DNA from: an uncultured Sphingomonadales bacterium | GTDB lineage: Bacteria > Pseudomonadota > Alphaproteobacteria > Sphingomonadales > Sphingomonadaceae | Reading direction: 5' to 3' | Length of the DNA stretch: 52,510 nucleotides | Assembly: GCA_937881525.1 (NCBI GenBank) | Contig: CALGEE010000070.1 | Span: forward strand, 1 to 52,510 | In this document: in pieces, positions 46,107 to 52,510 of the stretch | Layout: each line of letters opens with the position of its first letter | Numbering within the stretch: position 1 is the first letter of the stretch | Made by a program: the position numbers and the translations under genes | The notes under the pieces: generated by a model | What the model was told of the DNA's origin: nothing | Seen by the model: only the letters and a program-made list of their open reading frames with translations | Databases searched by the model: none

Positions 46107-47024
46107 TTAGTGGGCCAACGGCGACATCATGCCAATGAAAGCGACCAGCCCGAGCACTGCTAGAGCCAAAGTGACCTCTGCCGCAAGGCTGGTCCGCAAT
46201 TTTGCAAGGGTAGAACTAATATCGACCGATTGCGGGGCGGCTGGAAGTCGACGCCCGAGCAGTGCGTTCCGCGCAGCGAACAAAAGCATGAAGCCGACCA
46301 GCGCAATCTTGGCGACAAGAAGCCACCCATAATTCGTTTTCAACACGTCAGCACTGTTGTGCAACCCGAAGATAAGTTGCGCGTTAATTATCCCCGTGAT
46401 GCCAACCACGCAAACAAGCAGTGAACCCAGTGGAGCGAACCGATGCATGTCAGAGAGTAAGGATACAGGCGCAAAAAGGTGGGGCTGGCGGCGAGCAACC
46501 CTGGTCAAGTGCAAAAACCAGCCAATAGCTCCAATCCAAAGACCAGCGGCTAATAGATGTGCCGCATCGTTCAACCTGTGCACTGTACCCAATGTCCCTT
46601 CTGTCGCAGCAGCGTGACCATTCCAGGCAAGGGTAGTGAGAGCCAATCCGAACAGCAGGGCGGCAACCGAAACGGCAGTTAATGTTCTTCCAAACATCAT
46701 CAAAATGGCGGCTGCAAGCAGAAGTAGAAGCCGTACCAGAAACGCCCAACCAATACTGGTCGACATCACCATAGCCTCGATCGTGGTCCACTCTAGTTGC
46801 CAGACAGGCTGCGCCATCATGGCAGCGATACTCAAAAACATTAACGTGATGGTCAGGACAGGTGCCACTACTGCAGCAAGCGCCAGTGCACCGTTATCCT
46901 TACACTGAGGCCGCTGCGCCAATGTTTCGCGTAACCCAATGCAGCGAAAAGCCGTGATCCCAAACAGCCCCAATAACAGCGTGTAATGGGCAAAACGCAA
47001 TAATGGATATAGCCAGTCGTCCAC
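46107..47024 (-). CDS. copD: Copper homeostasis inner-membrane protein CopD
   Basis: AWNGHAAA, HLLAAGLWIGAI and YGWLLVAKIAL motifs. Downstream of copC. Confidence 0.9.
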   Translation of the reverse strand: MDDWLYPLLRFAHYTLLLGLFGITAFRCIGLRETLAQRPQCKDNGALALAAVVAPVLTITLMFLSIAAMMAQPVWQLEWTTIEAMVMSTSIGWAFLVRLLLLLAAAILMMFGRTLTAVSVAALLFGLALTTLAWNGHAAATEGTLGTVHRLNDAAHLLAAGLWIGAIGWFLHLTRVARRQPHLFAPVSLLSDMHRFAPLGSLLVCVVGITGIINAQLIFGLHNSADVLKTNYGWLLVAKIALVGFMLLFAARNALLGRRLPAAPQSVDISSTLAKLRTSLAAEVTLALAVLGLVAFIGMMSPLAH

Positions 47025-47033
47025 GGTGAGGAA

Positions 47034-47423
47034 TTAGCTGACTTTAAAGCTGACTTTTCCAGTCATGCGGTGACCGTCTGCACCTGCCGCCTGCCACCGG
47101 ACTTCATAGCTTCCTGCACGAAGCGGTTGGCGCAAGCTCAGAGTTAAGGTCCGATTATTGTTCGACCAGCTTGGCGTGAAATTGCGGATTACCATTTCAC
47201 CATGGTTTTTTACGCCGGGCATTGCAGTCATCACGATGCTGGCGACGGCAGTTGGCGTGAGCATGCCTTCAGAGAAATTTAACTGAACCACTCGCGGCTT
47301 CGCGACCGTAGTGCCCTCAGCAGGTGTTGATGACATAATCTTGCTGTGCGCCAACGTCGCGGTCGGGCTGATAAGGGCTGCTGAGGCGAGTGCCAAACTC
47401 GCTACCAGGGAGAAATATTTCAT
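47034..47423 (-). CDS. copC: Periplasmic copper chaperone CopC
   Basis: Signal peptide, then mature N-terminal His (HSKIMSSTPA), LNFSE and ADGHRMTG. Confidence 0.9.
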   Translation of the reverse strand: MKYFSLVASLALASAALISPTATLAHSKIMSSTPAEGTTVAKPRVVQLNFSEGMLTPTAVASIVMTAMPGVKNHGEMVIRNFTPSWSNNNRTLTLSLRQPLRAGSYEVRWQAAGADGHRMTGKVSFKVS

Positions 47424-47440
47424 AACATTATCCTTTTATC

Positions 47441-48463
47441 TCAGAACCAGAAACGGACGCCGACAACATAATTTGTGACCGATGGATCCTCATCGGAAGC
47501 TCGGGCAAAACCGGCGCTGCGACCCACGCGCCAGCTTTGTTCAACGCCCATATAGGGTGCAAATTCTCGTGTGATCTCGTACCGAAGCCTGACGCCAGCT
47601 TCAACACTGTCGATCCCTGCGCCGATCCCTAAGCGCGAAACATTTTGTGCAGACAGATTAACTTCTGCTCGCGGTTGTAAAATCAGCCTTCGCGTGATGC
47701 GCTGGTCAAGTTCTGCTTCAATGCGTGCCGTCATGTCGCCGCGATGCGATACAAACATCGCCGCGTCGACTTCAAACATATACGGCGCTAGCCCCTGCAC
47801 ACCTATAACGGCATGTGTAGTTCTATCTCCCGCCACATCCTGCCGCACACCAAGCTGCAAATCCCAAAAAGGTGCTATTGCGCGCGAATAGAGAGCTTGG
47901 ACTTCAGCATCTTCAATAACCTCACCGAAATCACCTTCGCCTTCGCTTTTGAACCAAAGGCGTCTTGTCGGCCCGCCATAATAGCCCTGAAAATCCCACA
48001 GATAGCCATTATGACCACCGCGCATCTGGGCTTCTAGCCGGTCACCCTGAAACCAGAATACTGGAAAATCACCATGCGATTCCCGCAGACTTTTTCTGGA
48101 ATCAAACATTGCGTCTGCACCCCAGATTGCGTCAGCTGCACGCGAAGGACCACTGCCGGCTTCGACGGGTTGCGGGGTTTCCATCATCGGACCCGGTGAC
48201 ACGCCAGTGCTGCTTGCTGTGTCGTTTGCAGAACCGTGCTCCATTGCGCCATGGTTCATCATATTGTGGTCCGTAGTTGGTGTAGAATTAACCGCAGATG
48301 GAGAATGGCCAGCATGGGGATCTGACCGGACTGGCGGGCTGCTCTGCGCTCCGGGAGCTAAGGCGGGCTGTCCATCGTTACCGCCATGGTCTTGCGCACG
48401 CGCGGGCACTGATAATAATGCGGTGGCGACTAACGTAACGGCAAGCAGGGGCGATTTGTTCAT
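47441..48463 (-). CDS. copB: Outer-membrane copper resistance protein CopB
   Basis: His/Met-rich N-terminus, LWFKSEGE, GVQGLAPY, LRYEITREFAPY and C-terminal GVRFWF. Confidence 0.92.
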   Translation of the reverse strand: MNKSPLLAVTLVATALLSVPARAQDHGGNDGQPALAPGAQSSPPVRSDPHAGHSPSAVNSTPTTDHNMMNHGAMEHGSANDTASSTGVSPGPMMETPQPVEAGSGPSRAADAIWGADAMFDSRKSLRESHGDFPVFWFQGDRLEAQMRGGHNGYLWDFQGYYGGPTRRLWFKSEGEGDFGEVIEDAEVQALYSRAIAPFWDLQLGVRQDVAGDRTTHAVIGVQGLAPYMFEVDAAMFVSHRGDMTARIEAELDQRITRRLILQPRAEVNLSAQNVSRLGIGAGIDSVEAGVRLRYEITREFAPYMGVEQSWRVGRSAGFARASDEDPSVTNYVVGVRFWF

Positions 48464-50241
48464 GTTGCGGCCCCTGGACCTACAACCGTTACCGTCTGCA
48501 TCATGCCGCCATGCATGTGGTAAAGAAGGTGACAATGAAATGCCCAGTCCCCCGGCTCGTTGGCTGTCAAATCAAATTGGGCACTTGCACCTGGTTGAAC
48601 CACAACAACGTTTTTACGCGGCTGGCGCATCGCACTTTCGCCGTTGACCAGTTCGAAGAACATACCATGCAGGTGAATAGGGTGCGCCATCATCGTGTTG
48701 TTCACCAGCTTGACACGCACGCGCTCGTTCCAGGCAAAACGGATCGGAATGTCGTCAACTGAACTAAACATGCGCCCATCGAACGACCACATATAGCGTT
48801 CCATGTTGCCTGTCAGATGGATCTCCAGCAATCTTGATGCCTCGCGGGTATCTTGATTGGGCTCAAGTGCAGATAGCATGCGATAGTTTAGCACACGATG
48901 CTTGACGTCCCCCAGTCCAATCCCCGGTTCGCCCATTTTATCGACCGGAGCCATAGACACCATATCGAGGCCAGGGCCAATTTCGACATCAGGTGGCAAA
49001 AGCGATTTATCGCGCATGCTCATGCCGTCCATGCTGTGACTCTTAACGGCATTCGCATCCGCGCCACCGCCATGATCCATTCCTGCATGTCCATTATGCC
49101 CTGCCGCCATGTCACTTTCAGTTGGTCCATGGTTCATGCCCATGTCGCCCATTGTAAGCAAAGGCGCATCGCGTAGCGCCGGTACAATTGCTTTCGCACC
49201 TGGGACGTTGGCTAGCATGGCGAGCGCCATACCTGATCTATCCATAGATTCGGCCACTATTGCATATGCATCAGCCTCGCCCGGCTCGATGATAACGTCA
49301 TAAGTTTCAGCAGTTGCAATCTGCAGTTCATCAACCTCAACCGGTTTTACGTTCTGCCCATCCGCAGCAATAACCGTCATTGGTAAGCCGGGGATCCGCA
49401 GATTGAAAAAGGTCATGGCGGAGCCATTGATGATGCGGAGGCGAATGCGCTCACCGCGGCGGAAGAGATATTCCAGACCTTCTTCTGCGCCGCGCCCATT
49501 GGCAAGATAAGTATAGGTGGGCGCGCTTACGTCAGCGATGTCGGTCGGAAGCATGCGCATTTCTGCCCACATGCGTCTTTCTGCTCCCGACATAGGATAT
49601 TTGTCGGTCCAGCTTGAGAGCTTGTCGTTGAAATAGCCTTCACCAGTGCGCAGGCGGCTCATTATGAAGTGCGGGTGAAGCGGTGTAAATTCGCTTAACA
49701 AGAGGATATAATCGCGGTCGTAGCTAACCGGCTCGGCACCAGCAGGTTCAATAATGAGCGGACCATAATGGCCCGATTGTTCCTGCAGATGAGAATGGCT
49801 ATGATACCAATAGGTGCCAGACTGCCGTATCGGGAAGTCATAGGTAAACGTCTTGTGCGGCTTAATTCCTGGAAAACTGATCCCCGGAACACCATCATAT
49901 TGAAACGGAACCAGAAGCCCGTGCCAGTGTATTGAGGTGTCCTCGTTTAGATGGTTCGTCACGTTAAGACGGACATTCTGACCCTCGCGTAGCCGGATAA
50001 GCGGTCCAGGTACGCTTCCATTAACCGCAATACCATGCCCACTGCGGCCTTGGACAGTCCGTCGCCCGCTGGCCACCGCAAGGTCAATTATTTCGCCACT
50101 GACTTCGTCAAAACCGACACGGATTGGTGGCCCATTGTGCCTGCGCATGCTGTGGCCCCGTGCCCACGCAGGAACGGCTGCCAGAGTTGCGCCAGCACCC
50201 AATCCAGCCAATATGCCTCGTCGCGTTAGTGAGGTATTCAT
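48460..50241 (-). CDS. copA: Copper resistance multicopper oxidase CopA
   Basis: Tat signal TRRGIL, plus HWHG, WYHSH, HPIHLHG and HCHLLYHM copper-binding motifs. Confidence 0.95.
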   Translation of the reverse strand: MNTSLTRRGILAGLGAGATLAAVPAWARGHSMRRHNGPPIRVGFDEVSGEIIDLAVASGRRTVQGRSGHGIAVNGSVPGPLIRLREGQNVRLNVTNHLNEDTSIHWHGLLVPFQYDGVPGISFPGIKPHKTFTYDFPIRQSGTYWYHSHSHLQEQSGHYGPLIIEPAGAEPVSYDRDYILLLSEFTPLHPHFIMSRLRTGEGYFNDKLSSWTDKYPMSGAERRMWAEMRMLPTDIADVSAPTYTYLANGRGAEEGLEYLFRRGERIRLRIINGSAMTFFNLRIPGLPMTVIAADGQNVKPVEVDELQIATAETYDVIIEPGEADAYAIVAESMDRSGMALAMLANVPGAKAIVPALRDAPLLTMGDMGMNHGPTESDMAAGHNGHAGMDHGGGADANAVKSHSMDGMSMRDKSLLPPDVEIGPGLDMVSMAPVDKMGEPGIGLGDVKHRVLNYRMLSALEPNQDTREASRLLEIHLTGNMERYMWSFDGRMFSSVDDIPIRFAWNERVRVKLVNNTMMAHPIHLHGMFFELVNGESAMRQPRKNVVVVQPGASAQFDLTANEPGDWAFHCHLLYHMHGGMMQTVTVVGPGAAT

Positions 50242-50277
50242 TTACGCTTGCATCCTTATGAACACCAACTCTATAGG

Positions 50278-50294
50278 ATACCCCCATAGGGTAT
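50278..50294. promoter_or_regulatory. Putative CsoR operator ATACCC-CCATA-GGGTAT
   Basis: Inverted repeat with C/G tracts in the copA/csoR divergent gap, typical of CsoR/RcnR sites. Confidence 0.75.
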
Positions 50295-50315
50295 ATCAAT
50301 AGAGCATTTACGTTT

Positions 50316-50588
50316 ATGTCCAAAGATCACAGCAACACCATCAATCGCTTAAAACGGATCGAGGGTCAGGTGCGGGGCATCTCTCAGATGGTTGTCGACG
50401 ACCGCTATTGCGTCGATATTCTGCATCAAGTGCAAGCGGTGAAGTCCGCGCTTGCTAAGGTAGAAAGCACAATCCTTAGAGATCATGCATCATGCTGTGT
50501 CGCTGATGCAATTGCGTCAGGTGATGTGACCGAGCAGCGTGAGAAGTTTAATGAGCTTATCGATCTGTTTGACAAGGTTAAACGTTGA
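50316..50588 (+). CDS. csoR: CsoR/RcnR-family metal-sensing repressor
   Basis: RLKRIEGQVRGI, YCVDIL and HASCC give the Cys-His-Cys Cu(I) ligand pattern. Confidence 0.9.
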   Translation: MSKDHSNTINRLKRIEGQVRGISQMVVDDRYCVDILHQVQAVKSALAKVESTILRDHASCCVADAIASGDVTEQREKFNELIDLFDKVKR

Positions 50589-50797
50589 GGACGGCAATCA
50601 CATTAGAAGTTGGCTGATTGAGTGATTTAGCACTCGGAGAAGCTAATCCAAAGCTGTGTCATGATTGCATCATCCATCAGTGGCATTGCTTTTGGATGGC
50701 GCGACTTTTCCATTAGGCTTCAATTTATCCACGGACATCAATCTGATGGGACGTCCGTTTTTGGATAAGCTTGCTGGATCTGCGAATGGCCACAATT

Positions 50798-51300
50798 GGG
50801 GCAAAGGGGAAAGTGCGCATAAGTGCAATAAGCAACGGGAGACCAATGTTTCTAGTCGGCTTTGATGGAAGTACCACCTGGACTGAGAAAGGCGTCATGC
50901 CTAAAGCTGAGGCTGATGCTTACTAGGTAAGCAACTTCGGTTTTAGTATCATCAGGAAAGCGAAAAAACCTGGCTTTGCTGCACAGCGTATTCCCGATGA
51001 TCGAGTTGCCGAGCACCAATCCTGGATGGTGGAATTGACCTACCCAAAAGGAAACAAGACGCTGTTTGGCGTTGATAAAAAAACAAATTTATTACGGTCG
51101 GATTTATAACGCCAAAAGGATGGCATTATCGTATTTACGATGACTTTGTCTGGATCAAAACTCCGGGTTGGCTGCTAGCCCGCCATGTCACGCTTTATTA
51201 TAATGGCCTCAAAGCCAATGAGGTTTTCTGGACAGAGACTAAGGTCAATGTCAAAGTTGATCCAGCGCTTTTCAGGCCGCCTACGGCCGATCCGGGCTAG
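50798..51300 (+). pseudogene. 3' remnant of a secreted LolA-like beta-sheet protein gene (nonsense plus frameshift)
   Basis: GAKGKVRISAISNGRPMFLVGFDGSTTWTEKGVMPKAEADAY, TAG 50924, VSNFGFSIIR...TLFGVDKK, frameshift near 51090, then VGFITPKGWHYRIYDDF...VTLYYNGLKANEVFW...VDPALFRPP, stop 51300. Confidence 0.7.
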
Positions 51301-51345
51301 TCGTTTCGAATGATGGATCACATGCACCGCGGTAGGTGCCTGATC

Positions 51346-52059
51346 CTAACCGCGAAAGGTATCCTTCGTGATCTGAGATTCACGCTCGGCGCCTTCAATC
51401 GTGCAGCTTACCTGTATCCACCGCAAATTGACGCCAACGCGAGATGCATCAATGTTAGCCCAGCTGTAGCTTACGGCGCGTTCGGGATCTTCAGCTGTGT
51501 GGATATAGAGCACCTTGGAGGGCCGCGAGGTTGATGGCTGTGGCCAATAAACGGTGCGCATTCGAAACATTGCCGCAGGGGCTCCGCTTTCTCCTCCTCC
51601 GACCCGGATACGTCCACCCTGATCATGGCTCTTTAATTCCCCAACAAAATGCCAATCATCCTTTCCGCCGGGCTTCGTTTTATTCTTACGCACCGAAGCC
51701 CAGCATTTGATGGGATTGCCGCGCCGCAATTCGGTCGTGCGCTTTCCGGTGTTCAGTATTACAATGTCGGGGGCCATCTTGACAACGGAGACGCCAACGG
51801 GTGCCGGTATAGGAACGTCATAGTCATCCAAATAGGTTACCCTGCCGCTGTTGACACTAATCGTCAGCTTGGGTGGCGCTTCCTTGCCTGCCTCCGCATC
51901 AAAATATACTTCTTCCGTGTTTGAGTAGATTACCGCCGTATTCGACATCTGTGCCGTTATAGAAGCCGCTTCCGTTGAAGTTGCAGCATTGGCGCCAACG
52001 CAAGCCATCAAGGCCGCTGCGCATGAGATAAAACCGAGATTTGAGAGGCGCTGACGCAT
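51346..52059 (-). CDS. Secreted hypothetical protein, tentatively related to CpcT/CpeT chromophore lyase-like proteins
   Basis: Signal peptide, YSNTEEVYF (compare CpcT-type F/Y-x-N-x-E/Q-Q), and C-terminal HDQGG...VLYIH...SYSWA...GVNLRWIQVSC. Directly downstream of operator 8. Family call is tentative. Confidence 0.55.
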   Translation of the reverse strand: MRQRLSNLGFISCAAALMACVGANAATSTEAASITAQMSNTAVIYSNTEEVYFDAEAGKEAPPKLTISVNSGRVTYLDDYDVPIPAPVGVSVVKMAPDIVILNTGKRTTELRRGNPIKCWASVRKNKTKPGGKDDWHFVGELKSHDQGGRIRVGGGESGAPAAMFRMRTVYWPQPSTSRPSKVLYIHTAEDPERAVSYSWANIDASRVGVNLRWIQVSCTIEGAERESQITKDTFRG

Positions 52060-52077
52060 TTTGGGATAGTCCTAATG

Positions 52078-52089
52078 TTGTCTGGACAA
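52078..52089. promoter_or_regulatory. Putative GntR operator 8, TTGTCTGGACAA
   Basis: GTTGTCTGGACAAC about 18 bp upstream of ATG 52059. On the minus strand TTGCCA-16 bp-TAAAGT abuts it. Confidence 0.8.
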
Positions 52090-52212
52090 CTTTAACCCTT
52101 CTTTCCTATTTGGCAAACGGCTTTTTAGATATTTGGACTTGTAACGGCTTTGCGCAGGTCACTTGAGAGTTAAACACTCACACAAGGAGACCGAAGAGAT
52201 GCTGAAGCTCGA

Positions 52213-52510
52213 CTATATTGCAAGCGCTGTTCCGTATTTGAGGCGTTCCATAGAAAACGTTGAGCTAACATCACTCAGTCCGGGTACTGCGGCTATCAGT
52301 TCTTGGTAGATACGATCATAATGGGCGATATCTGCGACGGCGATCTTAAGCAGATAGTCAACATCCCCGCTCATGCGATGACATTCTATTATCTCAGGAA
52401 TACTGAGTATTCCGGCTGCAAAGGACGCTATCCAATCGGGCGTATGCTTGTTTGTTCGAATTGACACGAAAGCGGTGACGCCCAATCCTAGCTTTACCGG
52501 GTTTAATATT
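52213..52510 (-). CDS. Lrp/AsnC-family transcriptional regulator (5' end outside the window)
   Basis: GVTAFVSI...ECHRMSGDVDYLLKI...VSSTFSME, an AsnC ligand-binding domain. Confidence 0.9.
   Translation of the reverse strand, partial: ILNPVKLGLGVTAFVSIRTNKHTPDWIASFAAGILSIPEIIECHRMSGDVDYLLKIAVADIAHYDRIYQELIAAVPGLSDVSSTFSMERLKYGTALAI

Noticed and set aside
45473-50797. Copper cassette as a transposon or IS-bounded element
   Set aside because: I found no transposase, terminal inverted repeats or convincing target duplication, only weak TGGCCA and GCAAAG microhomology at the junctions.
50665-50865. 66-aa ORF after csoR, and 51310-51534
   Set aside because: Neither has motifs. The first overlaps the pseudogene remnant in another frame, and the second is antisense to the 51346-52059 gene.
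51146-51157. TTGTCTGGATCA as a ninth operator
   Set aside because: It is an imperfect match inside the pseudogene coding remnant (DFVWIK) and is not at a promoter position.
5858-52089. The repeated palindrome as a CRISPR array or REP family
   Set aside because: The copies are 12-20 bp long, kilobases apart and located only at promoters. There are no spacers or cas genes.

Overview
This window looks like alphaproteobacterial DNA, most likely Sphingomonadaceae (inferred from gene content and a sphingomonad-type palindromic repeat). About 45 kb of it is one catabolic-looking gene island of roughly 45 genes. Eight intergenic copies of a palindrome, TTGTCYGGACAA (one degenerate), tie the island together and are probably the operator of the embedded GntR/HutC-family repressor (24915-25742). 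The island encodes a TonB-dependent receptor, two MFS transporters and several secreted enzymes. It also encodes six C-N hydrolase-type proteins and a CoA-dependent branched-dicarboxylate module (LeuCD-like, two PrpD-like, CitE-like, HMG-CoA-lyase-like, MaoC, acyl-CoA dehydrogenase, three family III CoA-transferases, a CoA ligase). Markers linked to pyrroles or bilins (RedY/HapK-like, CpcT-like, DUF3598-like) and DUF1838 are present too. My working hypothesis, which is inference only, is an uncharacterised pathway for taking up and degrading linear tetrapyrroles or related N-heterocycles. Several enzyme families carry consistently non-canonical catalytic residues: a nitrilase with Glu-Arg-Ser, three alpha/beta-hydrolases with His at the nucleophile elbow, and three VOC proteins with Arg at the first metal-ligand position. 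A csoR-copABCD copper cassette (45543-50588) appears to have been inserted into a secreted-protein gene of the regulon, splitting it. Smaller oddities are a probable CTG start for leuC, an in-frame palindromic repeat inside a PrpD-like gene, and a decayed foreign gene at 10.8-11.4 kb. All family calls come from motif recognition by eye; no database searches were run.
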